Source of the DNA: Neodothiora populina
Lineage: Eukaryota
Length of the DNA: 64,000 nucleotides
Reading direction: 5' to 3'
Assembly (NCBI RefSeq): GCF_041146345.1
Contig: NW_027191411.1
Span: 124,001 to 188,000 of the forward strand
In this document: piece after piece, positions 37,801 through 49,520 of the stretch
Numbering within the stretch: the first letter of the stretch is position 1
Layout: each line of letters starts with the position of its first letter
Notes under the pieces: model-generated
The model's database searches: none
What the model saw: the letters and a program-made list of their open reading frames with translations, nothing else
Told to the model about the DNA's origin: nothing
Made by a program: the position numbers and the translations under genes

Positions 37801-39651
37801 AGAGAACATGTCTTCATCCACACCAAAAGCATCGTCATACACGGATGAGTTTTCTTTATCGTCATAGGTTGGGACATGCTTGGACAATGGCCGGGGAGAT
37901 CGTGTGGCCGTCCTGGCTGTGTTTTTTGACCGGGTCGCAGTCGTGTTTGGCGTCACACGGCTTCTTCGTGTTGGCGATTGATGGGTGGCGTGATCATCTT
38001 CATAAGTATTGTACTCAGACAAGTCCGGATACACAGAAGGCTCGTCTTGACGCATTGTCGCCCTCGCAGTGGCAAATTGAGTCTGCATGACACGACCGGC
38101 ACTGGGCTCGGGAGACTGGAATCTTGGAGGAGCCAAGGCGGGATGTTGTGTGGACTTGATCGAAACAGTGGGCTTCTTTGGACTGGGCGGTAGAGGGCCA
38201 AGGCAGTGTAAAGATTTCAGGACGCGCAGAAGAGGGAGACACTGAGCTTTCAGTTGCTTCTCCTCGCACTTGACTTCGTAGAGAGCACGCTTCTCGGCTC
38301 TGGGGTCGGAAGCCTTTTCTATTTCCCGGACAACGACATCGACCAAGCGCCGCTTCTCCTGTTCGATTGCTGTCAAACGATCCTTCATCACATGCAATTT
38401 CTTCAATGTTTCGCAGATCTGCTTGTGCTGTTCGACGTTGTCGGTAACGTTTGGCGGAGGCTCGTCCTCATCACACTCCAGAAGAGCAGATCTGTAGGCA
38501 TCGAGAGCGAATTTGAGTCGTTCATCAGCTTGTGCGCAGCGTTTCGTGATGTTTTCGGCCGTCCAAGTCGAGAAAATGTCCCACAAGTCAGTGTCTTCAG
38601 AGGTCATGACAGCCATGCCAGACGACATTGGCGCAGTACCGGGGGTACCTGGTAGAGCGGACAAAGACGGGGTGCACGGAATGCGAGGCATAGGTGAGGG
38701 TAGGCTGCGGGCTTTGGGTCTTACCGGAGAAGCGCGAACAGGCAGTGTTTCCTGAATTTCTTCGACATCAAACTCGTCATTGATATCATCGTCCGAGTCT
38801 TCAATCTCAAATTTGACCTTCGCCTTGGCGGTGTCATGACGATGTGATGCGGCATCAGACAGAGAAAGTGAAGGCTCGCTGAGTTTGGCAGGTGGTCGAG
38901 GAGCTAGAGTCGAGTAAGGAGGTGGCGGTTGATCAGGAACATCGGCGAGAACATCATCAATCATCTGATAACTGTCGTCTAGTCCCGATGTATCTTCGAC
39001 GGTCGTGACCGGAGCCAAGTGAGGTGTTCTTGAACGTGACTTCCTCGCGGGCAGATGTTCGCGGAATTCCTCGCTCTTTCTCTTTCTGCCTGCCACAGGC
39101 GCTGGCGAAGCGATTGATGGCGTCGAGTGGTATGGCTCATCAAAGTCGTCGGTCAAGTCCATAAAGTCACAGTCGGCAGAGATGAGGGCGGGTGTACGCC
39201 GACTTTTGGCTGCCGACGCGTTCGTTGGCGCAGACACGGGCTTCCTCTCTCTCGCTGCAGAGGCTTCTGCTCTCTCATGGCCATCCTCGACCTTTCTCGC
39301 TATCCCGGGCGTCTCTTTCACAGGCGAGACAGGTGGATTTCTCAACCTGGCCATGTTTGACTCCGTCTCTTCTCTTGCTCGTCGTGAACAAGATGGCCGC
39401 GTCGACGTCTTCCCTTCGAGTGGCGATTCCTGGGCGCGCTGTCGTTTCACTGTGGCCGGTAGAGGTTGAAGGATAGCCGTAGCAGAGGACTCATTGTGTG
39501 CGTATGCAGGAAGTGCATTTGTCGATAGCACAGGCAATGAAGAAGGAGGAATGGGTGGAAGTGGCGTGGTATTGACGGGCAGGCAGGGCTTCTCCCTCAA
39601 CAGCCAACGAAGATGCTCGTCCAGGTTATTGCGTGTCATTGGGCGAGTCAT
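34831..39651 (-). CDS. SGS1: RecQ family DNA helicase (Sgs1/MusN/QDE-3-like), single exon
   Basis: 1606-aa ORF with MPTGGGKSLCYQLPA, DEAHCVSQWGHDFRPDY, ATIAFGMGIDK, YYQETGRAGRDG, Zn-binding CRR...CDNC, RQC and HRDC-like regions. Confidence 0.95.
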   Translation of the reverse strand: MTRPMTRNNLDEHLRWLLREKPCLPVNTTPLPPIPPSSLPVLSTNALPAYAHNESSATAILQPLPATVKRQRAQESPLEGKTSTRPSCSRRAREETESNMARLRNPPVSPVKETPGIARKVEDGHERAEASAARERKPVSAPTNASAAKSRRTPALISADCDFMDLTDDFDEPYHSTPSIASPAPVAGRKRKSEEFREHLPARKSRSRTPHLAPVTTVEDTSGLDDSYQMIDDVLADVPDQPPPPYSTLAPRPPAKLSEPSLSLSDAASHRHDTAKAKVKFEIEDSDDDINDEFDVEEIQETLPVRASPVRPKARSLPSPMPRIPCTPSLSALPGTPGTAPMSSGMAVMTSEDTDLWDIFSTWTAENITKRCAQADERLKFALDAYRSALLECDEDEPPPNVTDNVEQHKQICETLKKLHVMKDRLTAIEQEKRRLVDVVVREIEKASDPRAEKRALYEVKCEEKQLKAQCLPLLRVLKSLHCLGPLPPSPKKPTVSIKSTQHPALAPPRFQSPEPSAGRVMQTQFATARATMRQDEPSVYPDLSEYNTYEDDHATHQSPTRRSRVTPNTTATRSKNTARTATRSPRPLSKHVPTYDDKENSSVYDDAFGVDEDMFSHVMGSPPAPVIIEDDEDYGDVDEDEEHFLNIADHTENRHARGSFAQQSTPRPVFGELAMNGNPRHKKPSPAKQLDLMQHPWSRDVKRALQHLFKLRGFRTNQLDAINATLSGKDVFVLMPTGGGKSLCYQLPAVVDSGKTRGVTLVVSPLLSLMEDQVYHLRKLGVQAYFINGEMAKAERDQIMAGLDEHDVEDFVRILYITPEMIAKSQAFLRIFENLHRRRKLARIVIDEAHCVSQWGHDFRPDYKELGSIRRNFPGVPVMALTATATENVKTDTKNNLGIAGCETYAMSFNRPNLFYEVTSKPKGAALLKAIVDIVNGKHYKQSGIIYALSRKKCEKLAQELVSSGIRAHHYHAGMKPEDKSKVQKKWQEGFYQVIVATIAFGMGIDKADVRFVIHHSIPKSLEGYYQETGRAGRDGLRSGCYLFYGYQDMTALMRMIDEGDGSYEQKQRQRDMLRKVVQYCENRSDCRRVQVLQYFAESFDQKNCQGACDNCTSDSTFITKEFTEYAKKAINLVGEFKKPRKVTLIQCQDIFRGAGQKKTVASNSDLDGYGAGAELDRGEVERLFGRLLAEEALQEISDTNNGGWTVQHLVLGKTAQEFISRGRRLELHVPSSPNGRSAVARAAKPRSRVAAVDFPSTNISSPVHNAMRRRKAVSPRRGNNAHAGSMMVDSDPDDDDYEEDDFEPVRVSTVPRTRRNKDVGPPITIDEKMDNLNSIHQMIVEGFVEEAKKEAQRILVSRGLRTAPFSDTIFREMAIGFPTTEQGLANIPNVDTYQVKQYGKAFLRMIKQAKSHYDEMMLQSEERVQDPNRETVIDLVSDDDDDNDNDDEYGSLDESDLDDGIERRSTYFKPNARVAAFNARITATQAATQANQEMPPPPPAKGARRGKATATRRPQSARDSTDSTGSTSGRGSRYNSRKASSTSSRGRNSAGVKKRATTSKRSSDAGSMSEFVYKDKSKSASRRGGSSRGGGRGGSGGGIGLMPT

Positions 39652-39777
39652 TGGACATGGCCATGTTGTCTTCTTGTCGTGTGATTGTCACGGTATGGAG
39701 AGGATGTCGACATTCACTGAAAGTAGAATGACTCGAAGGTGGAATTACTCGAAGTCGCTCTTTCCTCAAGACTTTGG

Positions 39778-40021
39778 CGCGTTCGAATGCACAACATCCA
39801 TGATAAATCTGGCAGGCACGCGTAGGCAGTAACGCCGATAACGATAAGCCCGACGCGCGACGGCACGTGCGGTTCGTCTGTCTATCTGATCGCCAAGACT
39901 CAAAATCTCCTGTCCGGATCTAGACCGCCTGCACCTTCTTTATTCGCATCTAGCGTGCTACAGTAGTCCATACCAGTCCGCTAATTACTCGACCGTCTTG
40001 TCGGTATCCGAAAGACGCGAA
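39778..40021. promoter_or_regulatory. MCB-like (ACGCG/ACGCGT) elements upstream of the RecQ helicase
   Basis: CGCGT 39778, ACGCGT 39818, ACGCG 39853, ACGCGAA 40015. Confidence 0.45.
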
Positions 40022-40213
40022 CAGGCAAGTCGCTATGGTTGACTCATCTACTGTGGGACCAGATGGACGACTTTAGGCAGACATATTGTAGATAGCACCC
40101 TTTCAATGATCAGGTCATCTCTCTGATTCACACTCCCACACATTGTACGTACATGGATGCAGACATCTCGAAATCTCAATCCGCTTCATAAAACACATTT
40201 CAGTATCATAAGA

Positions 40214-41924
40214 ATGGAGACACATGTTCTACCACAAAAGTCTTCGGTAGACAAAGCGCGGTCTTCCATCATCGCGACTCTCTCAGACGAGCCCAGAGAC
40301 GACGCTACATGTAAGGACGTGATCAGCGCCCTCACCCAAGGACTCAATCAAGCAAGCCTGTCGTCTAGATACTATGGGTTCGTCATTGGAGGAGCCACGC
40401 CGATATCACGTTTTGCCGACAACAAAGTCACCGAGTTCGACCAGAACGTGCATGTTCACCTTCCCGACGAGACCATTGCTACCGACATCGAGCATGCTGC
40501 TTCGAAGATGCTCTGTGATCTGGTCAATCTCGATCCCCAGAAATGGACACATAGGATCTTCACCACTGGAGCCACTGCTAGCAATGTCGTTGGACTGGCC
40601 TTGGGTCGCGAACATGTCATCCGACAAGCCGGTCTTCGTGAGAATGCTGACGGTTCTCTTCCGAGTGTTGCACAGCTGGGCCTGCTCAGAGCGACGCGGT
40701 TGGCAAATGTAGACGAGATCCAGATCCTGACCACCGTACCGCACTCGTCTATAAGAAAAGCCGCTGCTCTCGTCGGCTTGGGTCACCAGTCAGTAAAAGA
40801 CGTGGGACGTGACGGTGCTGCTGAAAAGCATCTGTTCGACTTTGACAAGCTCGAACTGGAATTGCAGAAATCTAACACCGCCTCCATAATTGCTGTTTCT
40901 GCTTGCGAGGTGAACACGGGATTGTTCGCCACTCGCGGAGCAGATGACTTCGGGACACTGCGCCTGATGGCGGACAAGTACGGTGCCTGGATTCATGTTG
41001 ATGCAGCTATTGGTCTTCTGGCCCGTGTCTTGCTTGGCCGTAAAGGCACCGCACCGCAATGGGCAGAGTACGAGAAGATCATGGCAGGAGTCGAAGGACT
41101 CGAGTTGGCCGACTCGATTGGCGGAGACGCACACAAGCTTTTCAATGTGGTATGTTACTACATGACTTTGTAAACAACATTCACTTCACTTCTTACCAGT
41201 GTCAAACTTACCACTCACCATTCTGCAGCCATACGACTGCGGCATCCTGCTGTCGCGACACTTGTCTCTGGCACAAGCCGTCTTTCAAAACCCCGGCGCA
41301 GCCTACTTGTCCACCTCAACCAGCAAAACCAACACCAACATCAACACCAACAACAGCGCCGCAATGCCCTCACCACTAAACATCGGCATCGAAAACTCCC
41401 GCCGCTTCCGTGCTCTGCCAGTCTACGCGAACCTGATCCGCTACGGCCGCGCAGGCTACGAAGACATTCTCCTGCGACAGATCGAGCTGGCGCGGGAGAT
41501 TGCCAGATTCATACTCCAGCACGACGCGTATGAACTGCTGCCTCCTTTGGAATCCAGCACTATTCCTGCTTCTGAAGCAAGGCACAGAGACGACGAGCGG
41601 ACGGTCGAGAACAAGCGGCTTGAAGACGTGTTCATGATAGTGTGTTTCAGAGCTGTAGATGATGGGTTGAATGGGCGATTGGCGGATGCGATCAAGAAAA
41701 CGCACAGGGTCTATGTTTCTGGTACTTCTTTCCATGGGGCGCCAGCTGTGCGGTTCGCGGTATGTAAAGAAAAGATGAGGAAAAAAAAGGGAAAAAAAAA
41801 CGAGAAAAGCACATTACTGACATGCGCACCCACGCTCTAGGTCTCCAACTATCAAGTCAACGTCGACGAAGACTTGACGTGTATCAAAGAGGTCCTCAAC
41901 GAGGTCGCTCACAGCAATCAATGA
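40214..41924 (+). CDS. Group II PLP-dependent amino-acid decarboxylase; introns 41150-41228 and 41760-41840
   Basis: Motifs RYYGFVIGG, FTTGATASN, HSSIRKAA, WIHVDAA, GDAHKLFNV|PYDCG (PLP Lys), ENSRRFRALP. Introns splice in frame. Confidence 0.88.
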
Positions 41925-42335
41925 ACTTAGTTATAGAGTTTTGATCGTGGGGAAATCTTGTTTTAGAGTCGAAAAGTACAGTATGGCGGCCTTGGGTTTG
42001 TTGTTGGCAGTAGTAGTCTTTTGAGAAGCGAAACTCTAAAGAGCTATGGTTCTAGATGGGACCTAAAAGATAGCGGTCATTGAATGCCTTGTATGTCTTG
42101 TCTGTTGTTTCTTTTATGCACATAACCTAATTGTTCTTATATACATGTATATACCAAAAATCCACAGGTCGACACAAGGCTATATACGGCCCCGTCCCCC
42201 TTCTCCAACTCTTCTCCAACTCTTCTCCAACTGCATAAGTGGTTCGGACTTCTCACGATTTACGTTTCAGTCCATCACCACTTTCTTCTCTGTCCACCCT
42301 GTAAACAGGGCAGAAAGGGATCAGAAGGAAGCGAC

Positions 42336-43753
42336 TCAGTCCCAGACAAGAATAGGCTTGACGACCCGACCTTTGATCATGTCCTCGAGGGCATCCTTGA
42401 AGTCTGCCACGGGGTACTTGCGCTGCAGTTTCTCGACCGGCAGACGGCCTTCTTGATAGAGTTTTGCTAGGAAGGGTATGAACTGTTGCCGGTTAGCTTT
42501 CACTAGCTCTTACTGGGGTTTGGAGAATATGGAGGGAGAGGAGTGAAAGAAAGGGGAAAGGGAACAGTTACGTACCTCTTTGCTGTACGCATTACCCTGA
42601 TGGCAACCGCGATACGTCTTGGCCGCAGTCAGCATGCCGAACACATCGACAGCGACAGTCTTTCCAGGTGGTGGGCCGCCGACAGTGACAGCCAGGCCGC
42701 CAGGTCCAACGAGAGCAATCATGTCCGCCACGACGGGGATGACGCCTGTGCAGTCGACCGCAGCATCGAGTCCTTCGCCATCAGTAATCTCATTGATGCG
42801 GGCCTTGAGATCTTCCTTTGCGGAGTTGACTGTGTGGGTGACGCCGAGTTTCTTGGTCAGTTCCAATCTCTCGTCTGCGATATCGATTGCGATGATGGTG
42901 GACAGTATGTCTTGGGCTTTGTCGCTGAGGTGCACGGCGGCCATGATGGCGGCAAATCCCACGCCGCCGGCGCCGAAAATGGCCAGCGATCGCACTTTGT
43001 TCTCCACTGGCTTGATCACGTTGAAGACGGAGCCGGCTCCTGTCTGGAAGCCGCAGCCCATGGCACAGACGACATCAAGTGGTAGACTCTTGTCTATCTT
43101 GACAAGTGAAGCCGATTGCACTATGGCAGGGTTGCAGAACGACGATTGCCCGAAGAAGTTACTGTTGAGAGATTCACCCTCCTTTGCGAGGGCAGCATCG
43201 CCGTCGGCGCTGCTCTTGCCTCGTTTGATGGGAGTCGAGCCATCCTGTCTCTGGCCGCCGAAATTGTATGCGAACATGTGCGTGCAGTGCCACATGTGGC
43301 CGGTCCTGCAGCTGTGACACTTGCCGCAGTAGTTGTACGACAACACCACATGGTCGCCCTGCTGCACGTCTGTCACGTCCGCGCCTGTCTCGAGCACTAT
43401 GCCTGCACCTGTGGATCCATAACAGAGAACATATTAGTGATATGTAGGACGAAAAGGCAGAAACGCGAATGCGAGAAGGAAGAAGAGACTTTGTTGGGAA
43501 GCCGGACTCGTCTCTGCTCCTTTCGGGCCGATGGGAACATAGATATCAACGATTCATCCATACCTTCGTGTCCCAGGACGACTGGAAATGGCATGGGAAT
43601 GTGTCCATGCTGCACCGCCAGATCGGTATGACAAATTCCAGTGGCTTTGAGCTGCACCAACACTTCGTTCGGCCGGAGGGAGTCGAGTTCCACCTGAGCA
43701 CGCTCAAAGGGCCCGCCTTTCTCAGACACGACCAGCGCAGTTGCAGACACCAT
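42336..43753 (-). CDS. Zn-dependent aryl-alcohol (benzyl-alcohol) dehydrogenase, MDR family; introns 43409-43563 and 42483-42575
   Basis: ATGICHTD, VLGHEGAG, structural Zn CGKCHSC..G...HC, FFGQSSF, MGCGFQTGAGSV, FGAGGVG, C-terminal VVKPILVWD. These are signatures of the XylB-like benzyl-alcohol dehydrogenase group. Confidence 0.88.
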
Positions 43754-44216
43754 TTCGTCGTCTTTTTGTATTTATATTCCTTCCGCCTTGGTTCTTGCCA
43801 AATCCCACGAGTCAGCGAATCGGTGGAAGACAAGATGACAATCTGCGGTATCCTGCGGAGTCAAGTATTCTTTACCCCAACTGTTTGCTTTGTTTGCTTG
43901 GCCTTTGGTAAGACAAGACCCACGAGTTGAAGTGCAAATAAAAGTTTGGGGTAAGCTTACGCGAGCTAGTCAGTGCTTCGCGGTCGATAGATTGCAGAAG
44001 AGATTGAACTGGCATCATACAGAACTCATTTCCGAGTGGCATGGGCCCAGATGATATCCACTCCTGGCAAGCTACCGCTGCTAGCCTCGTCGCGTGGGAT
44101 GGCCCGCCAAGCACGAGCAGGGCTAATTCGTAAGCAAGGCAGATCATGTGGAGTCGGAAGCGGGTCTGCGTGGGTGAAGGCGGGGATTCTCCTGCGGGGT
44201 TCTTCGTCTCCCCCCG

Positions 44217-44271
44217 CGGAAAGGCATCCGCCACGACTTCGACACGGTATAATCCATCGGAAGAGGCACCG
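44217..44271. promoter_or_regulatory. Two CGG-N8-CCG sites in the ADH/ALDH divergent promoter
   Basis: CGGAAAGGCATCCG (44217-44230) and CGGAAGAGGCACCG (44258-44271). Confidence 0.6.
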
Positions 44272-44585
44272 GGTAGGTCTAGAGTCGCAACGTCGTGTTC
44301 GGCTGATATTCGCGAGCTGTGCGGCAGATCTCGAGGTGGGGAAGAGAGACAAAAAGAGCTCTAGACGATTCAGGATGATTTTCGCGACCGAGGGATTGGT
44401 TCCCAGTTCCACCGGTAGCTCTGCATATAATATCCCCTAGTTGCCCTTAATCCCAGCCGGTCTGTGGGTCGTCATACATATTTCACTCTACCAAGAACCA
44501 ATCAATACCCCCTACACCATCGTCTTGAAACAGACAAGAGCTATATTCAAGAATCATATCGTCTGCAGCAATAAACATCGTAATC

Positions 44586-46165
44586 ATGGGACACGCAATC
44601 AACGGGAATGGTGCGGTTGGCACTCAACCAGTCCCTCTGCACATCGACGGTCGTGAAGTCCACACGGAGTCGGACCACGCAGTCATCAGCCCGCGCAGTG
44701 ATTCCGAGCTCTGGAAGTTCAGCAGTGCCTCTGTAGAAGATGCGACCAAAGCCATCGCCGCTGCAGAGAAAGCCTTCCCGGGATGGGCCAAGGTGAAGCC
44801 TGCGACGAAGAGAGACATTTTCTTCAAGGCAGCCACCATCTTCGAGTCTCGCGCCGAGGAACTCGCCACGTACATGGCAGAGGAGACCGGTGCTGAGCAA
44901 AAATTCATTGACTTCAACATCTCTGCGACCATCAGTCAAATCAAAGATATCGCCGGCAGAATATCTGCTATCCAAGGTTTCTATCCCACCGTAGACGCAG
45001 AGGGTCGCAGTGCAGTAGTGATCAAGGAGCCATATGGAGTCGTTTTCGGCATCGCACCCTGGTAAGTGCTAACTCGTGTGCAATCGGAGATGAATCTAGA
45101 ATATTGACGATGCTCTAGGAACGCACCCTACATTCTGGGCTGCCGCGCTTTCTCGTACGCCCTCGCGACCGGCAACACCGTCGTCCTGAAGGGCTCCGAG
45201 CTCTCGCCGAGATGCTTCCACGCCATGGTCGACATCTTCTACGAGGCAGGCCTTCCATCTGGATGCCTGAATCTCCTGTTCGTCAAGCCCTCGGATGCCG
45301 CCGAAGTCACGACATCCATTATTGCCCACCCCTCCATCCTCAAGGTCAACTTCACCGGTAGTACTAGAGTCGGAAGCGCGGTCGCTGCAACCGCCGGTAA
45401 ATACCTGAAGCCGGTGTTGATGGAGCTCGGAGGCAAAGCCACAGCAATCGTTCTCGAGGATGCAGATATACAAAAGGCCGCTCTTGGCTGCGCTCTAGGC
45501 GCCTTCCTCCACGTAAGCAAAAACTGTCAGAGGATCAAACTGATGAATATGATGCTAATTTGCCACAGGCTGGCCAAGTTTGCATGGCAACCGAGAGGAT
45601 AGCAGTGCACTCAAGCATCAGAGACAAATTCGTCGAAGCATTCAAGGCAACCATCGACAGCGTGTTCCCGCCCGACCTACCACCTGCCCATCTCATCTCA
45701 GCAGAGAGCGTCGAGCGCGTGCGAAAACTCGTCGCCAATGCTCGCGAGAAGGGAGCCGAGCATCTGCACGGACCGGAGGACCACACCTCGTCCGAGAGGA
45801 CGGCCAAGTTGCGACCCATTGTGCTCGGTAAAGTAGACGAGAACATGGAACTTTACCACGGCGAGTCATTTGGCCCTGTCGTGTCCCTGTTCACATTTGA
45901 CACCGTCGAGGAGGCCATCAAGCTCGCCAACGACACCGAGTATGGCTTGGCTGGCGCTGTCTTCACCGAGAACCTCGGAGTTGGTCTCCGGGTAGCCAAG
46001 GCCTACACCACGGGCGCAGTGCACATCAACAGCATGTCAATTCACGACGAGGCGTCGCTCCCTCACGGCGGTGTCAAGCAGAGTGGTTTCGGCAGATTCA
46101 ATGGCACTCAGGGTTTGGATGAGTTTTTGAGGACCAAGGTCATCACCTGGGAGGATTCTCTTTGA
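44586..46165 (+). CDS. Aromatic aldehyde dehydrogenase (salicylaldehyde/vanillin dehydrogenase-like); introns 45062-45118 and 45513-45568
   Basis: Motifs KEPYGVVFGIAPWNAP, LKGSELSP, NFTGST, LMELGGK (catalytic Glu), GQVCMATER (catalytic Cys), ESFGP, IHDEASLPHGGVKQSGFGRF. Confidence 0.88.
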
Positions 46166-46271
46166 TTTGACTTCTATGATTAGCGATGATGATAAGGTGT
46201 ATATACCTCGCTGACGCCTTTCAATGCTTTAGTATATTCATGACACAGTAAACACTTGAACTTTATTGTTT

Positions 46272-48900
46272 CTATTGTCCTCCCCATTGAAAGTTGTTGG
46301 GTAGTGCATTGAGCCATGATAAATCATTCATGTTGAATGACATGTTGAATCCGTCCACGTCCATCCCAGAGTCAAGCATGCTCGACCCCTCGGCCATGCT
46401 TTCTTGTTGTGGTTGCTGTGGATAATCCGAGTATCTCGCTCCCTCTGTCACCACGCTCCCAGCTGCTCCTACATAGGATCGGTAATCTGGTCGTTGTTGT
46501 AGCGATTGCGCTGCTTCTTCATTGCGCGTCGCGGAATCAGAGACATTCGAGCTCGAGCCATATTCTGTCGCGGCAGGTGTCTGATGCCTCTCGGTTGGCC
46601 CTTGGGTCTTGTGTAATGGGACACGGTGGAATAAGAGCTCGAGAGCAGCTATACTTCTGGAAGCTGAGCTGCTGAATAGTCGGTACTGGTCCAAGATCGT
46701 CATCGCACTTCGCCACGATCTCATGATACTGTCTTTCGGGATTTCCGAGGCGATGGACGGACAGAGGAGTGCCGCGATGAGGATAGTCGCCGCCGTGTAA
46801 ACATACAAAATGTTGTACCACCAAGCAGGCAAAGGGCCGGTCATCGCTGGGCTTTCAGGCAGACGATTGTGTATGGTGTCAATGGCGTCCTTGGCGGACT
46901 CGATGCAGAAGATGGAGCAGCGGAACTCGAGATGTCGCGCCAGGGTGGCGTTATTGAACAAACTATCAGGTGACGAAACATCGGAGACTGCAGCGAATCT
47001 AGCGAGAGCAGGCCTGAAAAGGAGGATGCGAACATGTAAATACCTAATTTTTGCTGTTAAAATCTCCTTCAAGTCCTTCCAAACTAAGCAATTGTGGACC
47101 AAATGCAAGTGGACTCACCGAGAATGGAGTATGTTCGCCTGCCGTTGGAAAACGTCGTCCTCAATTTCACGTCTTTTCGAGTCAAGGTGTGTAGGGAGGC
47201 TTTTCAACCAGGTGTTAAGTAGCAAGTCGAGTTCAAGCAAAATTCCGTACCCACTGGCCTTGTTGAGTGTTCCAGTTTTGTCATCACGACATTCATGACT
47301 GGGAAACAGCTCATCACAGCCGTAGAGTGTTACAAGTATCTTGTTGAGAATCTCGTACAAGTCAAGCGTCTTTATGAAGAAGTCACTGAGCATTGGTGTA
47401 TTCGATGGTCGTGTGGGTTGTTTCTCGGGGCTATCGATAAAGTACTCATCGTCGAGCGCCAAGGGCATGGGTACTTTGGCAGCGGCAGCCTGGTCGATCA
47501 TGGCCGGGCGACCATATGTCATAGACACCACTCTATCCATAAGCACACATCCATGCCATATCTTTCGAGCAAGCTGCCTCTCTCGAGGACTCGATAATTT
47601 GTCTGTGGTTTCTTTCATGTGAAGACCAAGGCTCTGTGCGCAGCGAATCGCTTGTCCAACAACAATCCAGCATTGGTGCACCAAATTCGTACTTTGCAAA
47701 TACTGTGCAAGGAGAAGAAAAATCTGTATCGAATGCACTGTGGCATCCTCCCATATGTTGTAATACGAGGTATCCTTCACACGACTAATGAACATTTCCG
47801 CAGATGCAGCACGTTGTGCGGGGTCAATCGATTCATCCAACTTGCATGAAATAGCAAAAATGACGTTGATTTGGCAGATAAAATAGCTCTTCAGATGTGG
47901 ACCACGTCTGTAAGACCACAATTCTTGATAGACGCGGTTTGCATCTAGTTTTTCAACAAAGGGATACAATGGATAGACAATACGCCAATAGATGGCGAAG
48001 AGCTTGTCACAGATGTCCTTTGGTGGTAGGATCGGGTCGTGGACTGAGTTCCATTGTTGCTGGTCATGAGCTGATGGCATTGACTTGGTCTCAAGTAAAG
48101 ACCTCCGGGATGGATGAGTCGCTGGAGACTGTGCTTTCGCGTCCATGGCCGAACGTATCTGTCTGGTGAAGCTTCCGGCACTTGAAGGTCCAAAAAATGC
48201 CTGAGTCTGCGATGCATCTGCGGTCGCGCCCATCATAGCGTTGACTTCTCCATCCTCAGCATCGTCGCACGGTGTCGTATCTATCGCGATGGCGACGGAA
48301 CTTGCCCGACGACCCGATGGCTCACCTCGCCACTGTCTCTCGTTCGATATGTAGCGATTAGACGAAGCATTCGGGTCAGTCTCGGAAATATGTAGAGGTC
48401 GTGCATTAGTGGACCAGTCACTATGACTTCTGCGCCAAGGACCGTCAGGTCCTTCAACACTTTGATATTGCTGGACTCTGGGAGCCGTGTCATTTGTCAC
48501 AGCGCTTTGCGGGGTGAAGTGGTTCCGCGTCACATCCTGTCCAGGAGAGCTTGGTCCAGTCCGGAAGTCCCTCGACTCTAGGTCTTTGATCTTATTGTCA
48601 AGACGTGCGATGTGGTCTCTCAGAGTGTCAATGTTCTGAGTTGAAGTTGTTCTCAATACACACTCGGCATCTGCGCCAAATCGCTTCATGCATGGGCCGC
48701 AGACTGAGTTGTTAGACTAGATTCGTCACATGATAACTAAAGACCGGGAGTCAGATCTTACCGGGTTGTTGTCCATCACACTTGGATTTTCTTGAGCGGC
48801 ATTCCACACACGCCCTCGAGATCTTATGCCTTTTGGCTTTGGGTGGACGTATCTCACCATCTTCTTGCGGTGGACAGCTCGTTAGCTGTGCATCTGCCAT
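46272..48900 (-). CDS. Zn(II)2Cys6 pathway-specific transcription factor; introns approx. 48704-48761 and 47044-47118
   Basis: RACVECRSRKSKCDGQQP|VCGPC.......C cluster; FFGPSSA, YWRIVYPLYPFV, AQSLGLH, RKIWHGCVLMDRVVSMTYGRP. Confidence 0.9.
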
Positions 48901-49369
48901 GAGAACCTGCACCTCGGGGTTCGCTGTCAGTGGAGATTGGGCAGAGCACCTACAGCTTCGGAAGTGCAGTCGTCGTGGGGGTGATTGGAGCGGATAGTGG
49001 AGTAAATGCGGAGAAACACTTGATGCATTATTCCGAGCTCGTGCAATGGTTCGGTAAAGTATAAAATCTGTGGGATTGTGGAGCATCAGGGCTTCAGCGC
49101 GGGGTGTACGCGAAGCACCAGTAGTGCATCGATGCGTAAGGTAATCAATGAATTGGATGCGCCACAAGGCTTACAGGCGCATAGTTCTCATCATGCGTCC
49201 CTGCCACTCATAATCGATGTAGCAGCTTCCGAAAGCTTCTATGGAGACCAAATCGAAGATGGAGAATGTCGCCACCTTAATCCACTACATTAACGGAACG
49301 TTAGTGTGGGTGAACCTTGCGGGGTTTGTTCCCCTGCTCGTCGGTTTCAGGCTCGGTTGATGTTCAGCT

Positions 49370-49383
49370 CGGAAAACTTTCCG
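49370..49383. promoter_or_regulatory. CGG-N8-CCG site in the TF/FAH divergent promoter
   Basis: CGGAAAACTTTCCG, the exact reverse complement of the site at 53129-53142. Confidence 0.65.
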
Positions 49384-49520
49384 GACATGTGGTCCACATC
49401 TAGCTCTATAGTGAACAATGATCTCGTTTAGATATAATGAGCAGCCTACTAATGAGATGTGTTTCTCCATTTACAATTACCGCCAGACTTCGCAACTATC
49501 AGTCAATTCTGCAGCGCAAC

